A stretch of DNA of 64,000 bases from an uncultured Gemmatimonadaceae bacterium (lineage in GTDB: Bacteria; Gemmatimonadota; Gemmatimonadetes; Gemmatimonadales; Gemmatimonadaceae): assembly GCA_963740355.1 (NCBI GenBank), contig CAVUDW010000002.1, positions 1,728,001 through 1,792,000 on the forward strand. The letters are read 5' to 3'. Below, piece after piece: positions 19,673 to 28,589 of this stretch (positions within the stretch are counted from its first letter, which is position 1; each line of letters starts with the position of its first letter). A program made the position numbers and the translations under genes. The notes below the pieces were generated by a model. It was not told the origin of the DNA, ran no database searches, and saw only the letters and a program-made list of their open reading frames with translations.

Positions 19673-20853
19673 TGCCTCCGCGTTCCCATCGTTTCGAGAG
19701 TCTTCCCGACTATCCGCTGGCGCTGATTCCGATCAAGAAGCGCGAGTTGCTGGCGCGGGGTGTGGACGTGATCGATCTCGGTGCCGGCGATGCGGATCTC
19801 GATCCGCCGGCCGCGGCCGTGGAAGCGCTGGCCGCCGCGTCGAAGATTCCGGCGATGAACCGGTACGGCTTTGGCCTCGGCAATCCGGCGTACCGCGACG
19901 CGGTGAGCGGCTGGATGACACGACGCTTCGGCGTCACTTTCGATCCGGTTCGCGAGATCGTTCCACTGCTCGGCAGCAAGGAAGGCCTCTCGCACCTCGC
20001 GCTCGGCTACGTGAACGAAGGTGACTACACGATCGTCCCCGAGCCGGGCTACAACGCCTACAAGGGCGGCACGATCCTCAGCAGCGGCAATCCGTATTTC
20101 TATGCGTTGCGCCCGCAGAACAATTTCCTCGTCGACATCGACGAGGTGCCAGCGGATGTGCTGAAGCGTGCGCGTATACTGTACTTGAACTATCCCAACA
20201 ATCCGACGGCGGCCATCGCCCCGCGCGACTATCTCGAGCGAGTGGTGCAGCGGTGTCTCGAACTGGACATCCTGTTGGTGTACGACAACGCCTACTCCGA
20301 GATGGGCTTCGATGGCTATGTGCCACCGAGCATCTTCGAGATCGATGGCGCGCGCGATGTGGCGATCGAATTCCACTCGCTGTCGAAGACCTACAACATG
20401 ACCGGCTGGCGCTGCGCCTGGGCCTGCGGGCGCACGGAAGTGATCTCGACGCTGGCCAAGGTGAAGAGTTACGTCGATACCGGCGCCTTCATGGCCGTGC
20501 AGCAGGCCGGTGTGGCCGCGATCGAGAGCTGGGCTGAGTTCGTGCCGAAGAACACGGCGGTGTTTCAGGAGCGACGTGACGCGGCAGTGCAGGCGTTCCG
20601 TGACGCCGGATTCACTTGTGAGGTGCCGAAGGCCACGATGTACCTGTGGATTCCGCTCCCCGAGGGTATTCCGTCGGCGGTGTTCGCGGATCGACTGCTG
20701 GATGACGAAGGCGTGATCGTGATGCCGGGCACCGGTTTCGGTGCCGGTGGCGAAGGCTTCTTCCGCATCAGCTTCATCACATCGCCGGACCGGATGCGTG
20801 AAGCGGCCGTGCGTGCCGGTCGCGTGCTCGCGTCGTTCGGAGCACCGGTCTGA
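19672..20853 (+). CDS. Class I/II PLP aminotransferase (LL-DAP aminotransferase-like)
   Basis: LLGSKEG, LNYPNNPT, YDNAY and SLSKTYNMTGWR PLP-lysine motif. Confidence 0.88.
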   Translation: MPPRSHRFESLPDYPLALIPIKKRELLARGVDVIDLGAGDADLDPPAAAVEALAAASKIPAMNRYGFGLGNPAYRDAVSGWMTRRFGVTFDPVREIVPLLGSKEGLSHLALGYVNEGDYTIVPEPGYNAYKGGTILSSGNPYFYALRPQNNFLVDIDEVPADVLKRARILYLNYPNNPTAAIAPRDYLERVVQRCLELDILLVYDNAYSEMGFDGYVPPSIFEIDGARDVAIEFHSLSKTYNMTGWRCAWACGRTEVISTLAKVKSYVDTGAFMAVQQAGVAAIESWAEFVPKNTAVFQERRDAAVQAFRDAGFTCEVPKATMYLWIPLPEGIPSAVFADRLLDDEGVIVMPGTGFGAGGEGFFRISFITSPDRMREAAVRAGRVLASFGAPV

Positions 20854-21746
20854 TGATGTTCAAGCCGCGCCAGCCGGAGGAGCGATCGCCAGGTGCGATC
20901 GCGACTTCCGTCGCCCTGCACATCGTGCTTGGTGCGGTCCTGCTGCGTGCTGTCGTTGGCTCGAATGGCATCGCCGAGTGGCTGGTCGGACCGGAGAGCG
21001 CCGCCAAGCCGGAGAAGATCCAGATGGTGGCGGTGACGGCGCCGAGTGGCGACGCCTCGGGCGGCGGTGCGCCGGTGAATGGCGCGGTGAAGCCGACGTC
21101 CTCGCAGCGTCCGAATGTGCTGGTCGCGCCAACGTCGGTTCCCACCGCGTTGCCGGATGCGGCGGGCGGGCGTGGCGGGGCAGGGGGTGGCACTGGCTCC
21201 GGCTACGGCACGGGCAGTGGCTCGGGCGTCTCGCGCGGCGTGGTGCCGGCGTACGATCCACGACTCTATCCCGGGTCGGCGGAACCGGCGCGTGTGGCAC
21301 GTACGCCGAAGGAGCGCCTCGACAGCGTGATCCTCGAGCGGTTTGCGCAGTACGCCGACAGCGTGCAGAACGCACCGCGCAGCGGAGTCACCGAGGATGG
21401 TCGCGCCGACCTGACCTTCACGCGCGGTGGCAAGAAGTACGGCTGGTCGCAACGCGGCATCGTGCTTGGCAACATCACGCTGCCAGCGCCGCTACTGGCG
21501 TTGCTGCCGCTCAATCGTGTCGGCAGCAACCCGACCGCGCTGATGCGCGGCGAAAATCCGTGGGCGATGCGCAACCAGATTCAAGCTGGCGCACAAGTCG
21601 CCCTCAACGCGGAGACATTCAACGAACGCGTGAAGCGCATTCGTGAGCGTCGTGATCGCGAGCGCAAGGAAGGTCGCGAAACGAAGGACCAACCCGCCGC
21701 GCCGATCCAGCAGCAGCAACAACAACCGCTGCAGCCGGATCGCTGA
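20853..21746 (+). CDS. Single-pass membrane protein with TonB-like SxxxH anchor and Gly/Pro-rich linker
   Basis: ATSVALHIVLG TM helix, low-complexity linker, unrecognised C-terminal domain. Confidence 0.55.
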   Translation: MMFKPRQPEERSPGAIATSVALHIVLGAVLLRAVVGSNGIAEWLVGPESAAKPEKIQMVAVTAPSGDASGGGAPVNGAVKPTSSQRPNVLVAPTSVPTALPDAAGGRGGAGGGTGSGYGTGSGSGVSRGVVPAYDPRLYPGSAEPARVARTPKERLDSVILERFAQYADSVQNAPRSGVTEDGRADLTFTRGGKKYGWSQRGIVLGNITLPAPLLALLPLNRVGSNPTALMRGENPWAMRNQIQAGAQVALNAETFNERVKRIRERRDRERKEGRETKDQPAAPIQQQQQQPLQPDR

Positions 21747-21757
21747 TCCACGATCAA

Positions 21758-22411
21758 TCAGGCTGCGGCTTCGGCGTCCGGATCCAGTTCGTCGGCCTGC
21801 AGTGAGCCGCGGAAAGCGCCGCAGACCACACCCAGCACGACCTGATCGTCGCCCGGCGGAATCACGATCGGGCTGACGTCATCCGAGGCGGCGCGGAGCA
21901 GCGTATCGTTGCCGCGCTGCTCGAAGACACGGACCACCGCATCGTGCCCGACGCGCACTGCCACCAGGTCGCCATCGAGCGCCGCAAAATCCGGGTTCAC
22001 CAGCACCGTATCGTCGCGACGAATGCTGCGCGCTGCCATCGCGTCATCCGCGACGCGAAGGAAGAACGCGTTGTCCGACGGTGCGAGTCGCCGATCGATC
22101 ACGATCGCATCGGTACGCAGGTCAGGGGTGATCGCCTCGCCGAATGCCGAGAGGCGACCGTAGAATGGAATCGAGCGCGTCGCGCCTGGTGACTGTGCAC
22201 CGAGGATGCGCAGGCCGCGTGAGCGAGCCTGATTGCGCTGGATGTATCCCTTGCGCGCCAGGTTGCCGAGCACGTCGGACACCGTCTTGGTCGACTTGAT
22301 GTCGAACTGACGGCCGATTTCACGGATGCTCGGCTGGTAGCTGTTCGCAGCCAGGAACTCGATCAGATACTGGTAGACCTTTTCTTCAGTCGGCGTCAGT
22401 GCATCACTCAT
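21758..22411 (-). CDS. LexA-like repressor with degenerate S24 domain
   Basis: LTPTEEKVYQYL..PSIREIG..LARKGYI..SRGL winged helix. The C-domain aligns to LexA but the Ala-Gly site and the Ser/Lys dyad are substituted. Confidence 0.85.
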   Translation of the reverse strand: MSDALTPTEEKVYQYLIEFLAANSYQPSIREIGRQFDIKSTKTVSDVLGNLARKGYIQRNQARSRGLRILGAQSPGATRSIPFYGRLSAFGEAITPDLRTDAIVIDRRLAPSDNAFFLRVADDAMAARSIRRDDTVLVNPDFAALDGDLVAVRVGHDAVVRVFEQRGNDTLLRAASDDVSPIVIPPGDDQVVLGVVCGAFRGSLQADELDPDAEAAA

Positions 22412-22454
22412 AAGGCTCCCTGCGACGTGATCGCAGGGCGCCCGGAGTGGGTGC

Positions 22455-23909
22455 CTACGCTTGCGTCGCCAGCATGTCCAGCGTGCGCGCGAGACGCTCG
22501 AGGCTCCGATCCCGACCGATCAGCGTGAGGACATCGAAGATGCCTGGGCTGACGGAAAGTCCGGTGACGGCGACGCGAAGCGGGGTGAAGATCTTCCCCG
22601 CCGCGAGTCCCCGTGATTCCGCGAGTGTTCGCAGGGCCGGCTCGAGCGCCTCCGCCGTCCAGGCCGGTGCGTTCACGAGTGCGTCCCGTGTCGCGGAGAG
22701 AATGTCGGCACTCGCGGCGCGATCCTTCAGCAATGCCTTCGCAACGGCATCATTGTCGTATTCCAATTCATCGAGCAGGTACGGGCGCGCCTGCTTCACG
22801 ATCTCCTCGACCGTTCGGGCGCGCACACGCAGCTGATCGACGAGATGCGAGGTCCACGCCGGGTCGGCATCGAGCTTTTCCTGCGTCGCGACGCCGTGGC
22901 GCACCAGCGCATCCGTCACGCGCGGCAGCACTTCCTCCAGCGGTCGGCGGGAGAGGTGCTGGCCGTTCATCCACTCGAGTTTCTGCGTGTCGAAGATCGC
23001 GGCCTTCTTGTGCAGGCGATCGAGCGTGAAGTGCTGCAGCATCTCCTCGGGCATCATCACTTCGAGGTCATCTCCCGGACTCCAGCCAAGGAGTGCGAGG
23101 AAGTTCGCCATGGCGGTGGGGAGGATGCCCTTGAATTCCCAGTCGCCGACCGCGGCGGCATCGCGACGCTTGCTCAACTTCTTGCCGTCGGTGCCATGGA
23201 TCATCGGCACGTGCGCGAACTGCGGCAGGGCGGCGCCGAGCGCCTGATAGAGCAGGATCTGCTTCGGCGTGTTGGAGATGTGGTCATCGCCGCGCATCAC
23301 GATCGTGATGCCCATGGCGATGTCGTCGGAGACTACGGCAAGGTTGTAGATCGGTGTGCCGTCGGAGCGGAGGATGATGAAATCCTCGATCTCCTTGTTC
23401 TCGAACGCGATGCGTCCGTGGACGATGTCGTCCCAGGCGGTGGTGCCTTCGGGGACGCGGAAGCGGATGGTGTAGGGCTCACCGGCGGCGAGCTTCTGGG
23501 CGACCTCATCCGGAGTCCAGCTGGCCAGCCGTCGATCGAACCGGAACGGCTCCTTGCGGGCGTCGGCGTCGGACCGCATCCGGTCGAGCTCGGCGATTGT
23601 GGTGAAGTCGAGGTAGGCGCTGCCGTTGGCGACGAGCCGCTCGGCGTCGGCTTTGTGTCGGTCGACGTTGGCGCCCTGGAAGACCACGTCCTCATCCCAG
23701 TCGAGCCCGAGCCACTCGAGGCCGTGGAAGATGGCCGCCGTGCTTTCCTCGGTGCTGCGCGCCTTGTCGGTGTCCTCGATCCGGAGCAGGAACTTGCCGC
23801 CGGTCTTGCGGGCCCAGAGCCAGTTGAAGAGGGCGGTCCGGGCACCACCGACGTGGAGGTAGCCGGTCGGGGACGGGGCGAAGCGGAGGCGTGGGGCAGG
23901 CGCAGTCAT
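22455..23909 (-). CDS. gltX: Glutamate--tRNA ligase
   Basis: RFAPSPTGYLHVGG, RIEDTD, RGDDHISNT and KLSKR motifs; C-terminal anticodon-binding domain. Confidence 0.97.
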   Translation of the reverse strand: MTAPAPRLRFAPSPTGYLHVGGARTALFNWLWARKTGGKFLLRIEDTDKARSTEESTAAIFHGLEWLGLDWDEDVVFQGANVDRHKADAERLVANGSAYLDFTTIAELDRMRSDADARKEPFRFDRRLASWTPDEVAQKLAAGEPYTIRFRVPEGTTAWDDIVHGRIAFENKEIEDFIILRSDGTPIYNLAVVSDDIAMGITIVMRGDDHISNTPKQILLYQALGAALPQFAHVPMIHGTDGKKLSKRRDAAAVGDWEFKGILPTAMANFLALLGWSPGDDLEVMMPEEMLQHFTLDRLHKKAAIFDTQKLEWMNGQHLSRRPLEEVLPRVTDALVRHGVATQEKLDADPAWTSHLVDQLRVRARTVEEIVKQARPYLLDELEYDNDAVAKALLKDRAASADILSATRDALVNAPAWTAEALEPALRTLAESRGLAAGKIFTPLRVAVTGLSVSPGIFDVLTLIGRDRSLERLARTLDMLATQA

Positions 23910-23931
23910 GCGAAGGCTCGGCTCGGATAAG

Positions 23932-23965
23932 AAAAACGGGCCCACCGGTACGTGGTGGGCCCGTT
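23932..23965 (-). terminator. Rho-independent terminator after tRNA-Ser(GCT)
   Basis: AACGGGCCCACC/GGTGGGCCCGTT stem followed by a T-run on the minus strand. Confidence 0.75.
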
Positions 23966-23968
23966 GCA

Positions 23969-24057
23969 CGGAGAGAGAGGGATTCGAACCCTCGGTACCA
24001 GTTTCCCAGTACGCCGGTTTAGCAAACCGGTGCCTTCAGCCTCTCGGCCATCCCTCC
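23969..24057 (-). tRNA. tRNA-Ser (anticodon GCT)
   Basis: GGAGGGA acceptor, CCGGT-TTGCTAA-ACCGG anticodon arm, long variable arm, GGTTCGAATCC. Confidence 0.95.
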
Positions 24058-24187
24058 AACAGCAGCAGAAGCTACCCAACCGGTCCGGTCGGCACAACGT
24101 GTCGGGGGAGCCGAGTTGCGATGACCCGATCTCTGGCTCGGCTCGCGCGCCGGGCGGTATGGCGGGTGTGCGCCGCGGCGACTCGCC

Positions 24188-24430
24188 GAACGGCAACAGC
24201 GAATCGCAGAGTCGCCGAGGGCGCAGAGGAACTGCAACGGCGTCGACGCGGAACGGCACCAGCGAATCGCAGTCGCGGAGGTGCAGAGGAACTGCAACTG
24301 CTTTGACGCGGAACGGAACAGCCGAAGAAGGGAGCCGCCGCGGAAGGGCAACGGCATGAGCCACGGGAATGGCAACAGCAACGGCAAATCACGAGCAACA
24401 GCGACAGCAAAGACACGAGCAACGGCAACT
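24188..24430. repeat. ~60-63 bp imperfect tandem repeat (2 full + 1 partial) followed by a CAACGG/CAACAG low-complexity tract
   Basis: Units start at 24188, 24251 and 24311 (GAACGGCAxCAGCGAATCGCAG..GCAGAGGAACTGCAAC..GACGCG). Confidence 0.8.
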
Positions 24431-24922
24431 GCCCTGACGCAAAACGGACAACTGGGATGCTGCGACAGCCGCGAAACAGTGAACCGCCGCAAAACTGCTA
24501 CTGCTGGATAAAGAGCCGTCAGGGAGACGCTAGGTAGGCATAGGTACCACAGCAACGACGAATGCGGTGCGGACTCTCGTCAGTTCATGCTGTTCTCCGC
24601 GGCTCCGCGTTCCCCGCGGCTCCGCGTGAGGGAGTGTGGAACAGCGCGCGCGGCTCGCGCCCGGTACGAAGTGCAATGCATCGCGAGAGCAATCGGGCGA
24701 GTCGCAAGCTGGCGCGACGATCCGTGCGAAGTGTTTTTGGGGTCGATGAAACGCCAACGAAAGAGGGCAAGAGCCAACTCAGCAGTTCACCGTGGCTTCG
24801 TTCTTGCGCTATCTAGGCCCGCGCGATGCAGTGCGCTGACATGTCAGTCCGTCGTCACGCCGTGGTGCGAATCTCGATTCGTGCGCTCGCGTTCGGAACA
24901 AATTCAAGACAGGAGATTTTCC

Positions 24923-25318
24923 ATGAATCGCATCAATACTTTTGCAGTCGCGACCATCCTCACGATCGCCACTGCGTGCAGCAACACCGCCAAGGGTGTC
25001 GAGAAGGACGCCGAGAAGGCAGGCGATCAGGCCGCAGCCGCCACCGAAAAGGCCGCTGATGCAACCGCCAGCGGCGCAGCCAATGCGACCGCTACTGTTG
25101 GCGCCGCAATGGAAACGGCTGACGTGAAGACCGCACTGATGGCTGACACGCGCGTGGATGCGGGTGGCATCAATGTCGATACCAACAAGGACACCAAGAC
25201 GGTGACCCTGAACGGCACCGTGCCGACCGATGCCCAGAAGAAGCTGGCCGAAGAAGTCGCGAAGGCGAAGGCGCCGGAATTCACCGTCGTCAACAACCTG
25301 ACGATCAAGGCCAAGTAA
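24923..25318 (+). CDS. BON-domain (OsmY-like) lipoprotein
   Basis: AGGAG RBS; IATAC lipobox; VKTALMAD..INVDT..VTLNGTV..VVNNLTI. Confidence 0.9.
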   Translation: MNRINTFAVATILTIATACSNTAKGVEKDAEKAGDQAAAATEKAADATASGAANATATVGAAMETADVKTALMADTRVDAGGINVDTNKDTKTVTLNGTVPTDAQKKLAEEVAKAKAPEFTVVNNLTIKAK

Positions 25319-25340
25319 TTTCGCTGTTCTCGACTGCGAA

Positions 25341-25760
25341 TCGCGGAGACGCGAGGACGCAGAGGGGCAGCAGGTTCGACCGCAAGTTCAGCGACATGTT
25401 CAACGGTAAGTTCAACTGACTTGACGCAGAACTGAAAACGGCGGAACGGTAACAGCCGCAGAACTGCAAACTGACGCAGAACTGCTCGTGGTAAACGAAA
25501 GGTCGGTGGAGTCGACAGTCCCTTTTTGAGGGTAACTGCGCGCCCACCGACCTTTCGTTTTGCACACGCAGTTCTCAAAGCCTTTTGCAGTCTTGCGGCT
25601 TCTTGTTTTGCGGCTGTTTCCTTTTGCGGGCGCCGCAGGCGCCTTGCGTCAAGTCAGTTGCTGTTGTTGTTGGTCTTGCCGTTGGTCGTGCCGTTGAACT
25701 TGCCGTTGAACTTGCCGTTGAACTTGCTGTCCCTCTGCGTCTCTGCGACTCTGCGTCTCG
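25341..25760. repeat. Nested inverted-repeat intergenic element with central 17-bp-stem hairpin
   Basis: Arms at 25341-25416 and 25693-25760 share GACGCAGAGG and 12-bp GCAAGTTCAACG units in inverted orientation. Central stem AAACGAAAGGTCGGTGG/CCACCGACCTTTCGTTT spans 25493-25560. Confidence 0.8.
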
Positions 25761-25777
25761 CCGTTCAGCACCGTAGC

Positions 25778-27472
25778 CTAAAGATTCCGACGGTTGAGCT
25801 CCGCGACCGCGAAGTCGGCCGCGCGCGCTGTGAAGGCCATGTAGGACAGCGACGGATTCTGGCAGGCGGTCGAGGCCATGCAGGCGCCATCGGTGACGAA
25901 GACATTCGGCGCGTCCCAGACCTGGTTGTGCTTGTTCACGACCGAATTCTTCGGGCTCGTGCCCATGCGCGCCGTGCCCATCTCGTGGATGCCCTGACCC
26001 ATCGCATAGCCATAGTCGAAGGTCTTCACGTCCTTCACCCCGGCAGCCGTCAGCATCTCGGCCATGTCGTTCATCATGTCCACACGCATCAGGCGTTCAT
26101 TCTCGCCGATGTCACTGTCGATCTTGAGCACCGGCAGGCCCCACTTGTCCTTCACCGATTCGTCGAGCGACACCTTGTTGTCGTGGTTCGGCAGGATCTC
26201 GCCGAACGCGGTGCCGCCAAGGGTCCACTCACCGGGCTCCGTCGCATGATCCTTCATGTCGCCGCCGATGCCCAGTTCACCGACCGCGCGTGACCAACCC
26301 TGGCGACTGGCGCCGCCTTCGTAGCCGAAGCCGCGGAGGTAATTGCGCTTGTCGCCGAAGAGATTGCGATAGCGCGGGATGTAACTCGGGTTCGGACGCT
26401 GCCCCACCTGGATCTTGTCGAGAAACATTCCCTCGAGCCGACCTTCGGCGCCGAGCCGGAAGTGATGGTCCATCAGGTTGTGACCAAGCTCACCGGAGCT
26501 GCTTCCAAGGCCGCCGGGCCAGATGTCCGTCGCTGACCGCAAGAGGAGCCAGGTCGAATTGAGCGTCGATGCGCAGAGAAAGATCACCTTCGCCTTGTAC
26601 TCGATCGTGGCGTTGGTCACGGCATCGATCACACGCACTCCGGTGGCGCGCTGCGTGTTCTTGTCGTACGTCACCTCGCTCACGATCGAGTGTGGCTTGA
26701 GCGTGAGGCGGCCCGTCTTCATGGCGGCCGGCAATGTCGACGACTGCGTGCTGAAGTAGGCGCCGTAGGGACAGCCCAACCAGCAGGCGTCGCGGGACTG
26801 GCACGCACCGCGGCCGGGCAGCGGCAGCGTGAGATTGGCGGTGCGGCTGGAAATCATCCGCCGATTGCCGCCGTACATACCCTTCAACTTGCCCGCGAAC
26901 CATTCCTCGGCGCAGTTGAGCGGCATCACCGGCTGGAAATCACCGTCCGGGAGCTGCGGCAGGTTCTCGATCGAGCCGGCGATACCGGCGAACTTCTCGA
27001 CGTGACTGTACCACGGCGCCATCTCGGCGTAACGAATCGGCCAATCGGTGCCGATGCCTTGCTTCGCGTTCGCTTCGTAATCGAGGTCACTCCAGCGAAA
27101 GCTGCAGCGGCCCCACATCAACGAGCGGCCGCCGACCTGATAGCCGCGATACCAGTCGAAGCGCTTCACTTCCGTGTATGGGGCCTCCTGCTCGTTGACC
27201 CAGAAGTCCGGATTCTTCTCGTTGCAGGCGAACCGGCTGCGCTCGAGGACCGGATGGGAGGCCTTCAACGCGTTGGTGACGCCGCCGCGGTGCGGATACT
27301 CCCACGGGCCCTTGGTGGCGTTCGGATAGTCCTTGATGTGTTCCACGTTGCGACCGCGTTCCAGCATCAGGACGCGCAGCCCCTTCTCGGTCAGTTCCTT
27401 GGCCGCCCATCCACCGGAGATTCCGGAGCCCACCACGATCGCATCCCAGGTTTCTGCCACCGATGCCTCCAC
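25778..27472 (-). CDS. GMC-family FAD oxidoreductase
   Basis: VGSGISGGWAAKEL, GGRSLMWGR, C-terminal HEMGTARMG and QNPSLSYMA. Confidence 0.92.
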   Translation of the reverse strand: MEASVAETWDAIVVGSGISGGWAAKELTEKGLRVLMLERGRNVEHIKDYPNATKGPWEYPHRGGVTNALKASHPVLERSRFACNEKNPDFWVNEQEAPYTEVKRFDWYRGYQVGGRSLMWGRCSFRWSDLDYEANAKQGIGTDWPIRYAEMAPWYSHVEKFAGIAGSIENLPQLPDGDFQPVMPLNCAEEWFAGKLKGMYGGNRRMISSRTANLTLPLPGRGACQSRDACWLGCPYGAYFSTQSSTLPAAMKTGRLTLKPHSIVSEVTYDKNTQRATGVRVIDAVTNATIEYKAKVIFLCASTLNSTWLLLRSATDIWPGGLGSSSGELGHNLMDHHFRLGAEGRLEGMFLDKIQVGQRPNPSYIPRYRNLFGDKRNYLRGFGYEGGASRQGWSRAVGELGIGGDMKDHATEPGEWTLGGTAFGEILPNHDNKVSLDESVKDKWGLPVLKIDSDIGENERLMRVDMMNDMAEMLTAAGVKDVKTFDYGYAMGQGIHEMGTARMGTSPKNSVVNKHNQVWDAPNVFVTDGACMASTACQNPSLSYMAFTARAADFAVAELNRRNL

Positions 27473-27740
27473 TCGTCGTCACGTGTGCGCGCAGGGCGCC
27501 GTCCCTTCCGCATGAAATTGGGGGCCGGGAGGCGTCGCCGCCATGCGTGCAGGTGATCGGTGGAGGCGCTCACGCCCGCGTGCCGCAACGCGTAGAATCG
27601 AGGTGCGACTGCGCTCTCGTTTAGGGGCCTGCCTGGATCTGCGCGGGGCGGTCAGACCTGACGGGAAGTACTGTTCCCGCAGACGTGTCACCGCGCCGTC
27701 TCGCCTGCCGCCCACCCCATCCCGTCGACCGACATCACGC

Positions 27741-28526
27741 ATGCTGCGGAATTCCCCTGCGTCCCTACGCCTCATTGCTCTGTTGCTCGTGCTGGCCGCC
27801 TGTGAAAGCGCCAAGCCCGCCGCTGGCGATGCGTCAGGTGCAACTCCTCCTGCCACCGACTCCGAGATGGCGCGACAGCGTGCTGCCGACTCCGCGTTCC
27901 GGAATGACTACGCCAATTTCGCGCGCTATCGCGATTCGAACGCTGCCCTGCCGGCGCCAAAGGCCGGGGAACAGCGCGTCGTCTTCATGGGCAATTCGAT
28001 CACCGAAGGCTGGGTGAAGTATTTCCCCACCATGTTCGCCGGCAAGCCGTACATCGGACGCGGCATCGGCGGGCAGACCACACCGCAGATGCTGGTGCGA
28101 TTCCACGCCGACGTCGTGGCGCTGAAGCCGGCGGTGGTGGTGATCCTCGGCGGCACCAACGACATCGCCGGCAATACCGGGCCCTCGACCAATGAGATGA
28201 TCGAGGACAACATCGAGGCGATGACCAACATTGCACAGGCGAATGGCATCAAGGTCGTGTTGTCGTCGATCCTGCCGGTGTTCGATTATCCGTGGCGAAA
28301 GGGGCTGACACCAGCGCCGCGCATCGTGGCCGTCAACAGCTGGATGAAGGCGTACGCAGCGCGTGTGGGTGCCACCTATCTGGACTATCACAGCGCCATG
28401 AAGGACGAACGTGACGGATTGAAGGCTGGCCTTGGTGACGATGGTGTGCATCCCAACGAGGCGGGATATCGCATCATGGCGACCTTGGCCGACAGTGCGA
28501 TCGCCGCGGCACTTCGCGGCAAGTAG
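27741..28526 (+). CDS. SGNH/GDSL hydrolase lipoprotein
   Basis: LAAC lipobox; GNSIT, GIGGQT, GTND and DGVHP blocks. Confidence 0.92.
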   Translation: MLRNSPASLRLIALLLVLAACESAKPAAGDASGATPPATDSEMARQRAADSAFRNDYANFARYRDSNAALPAPKAGEQRVVFMGNSITEGWVKYFPTMFAGKPYIGRGIGGQTTPQMLVRFHADVVALKPAVVVILGGTNDIAGNTGPSTNEMIEDNIEAMTNIAQANGIKVVLSSILPVFDYPWRKGLTPAPRIVAVNSWMKAYAARVGATYLDYHSAMKDERDGLKAGLGDDGVHPNEAGYRIMATLADSAIAAALRGK

Positions 28527-28589
28527 CCTTCAGTGTGTTGTGACGGTGTCGTGCGTCGGGTGTTCGTTTCCAACCATTTGCCCTGAGAC

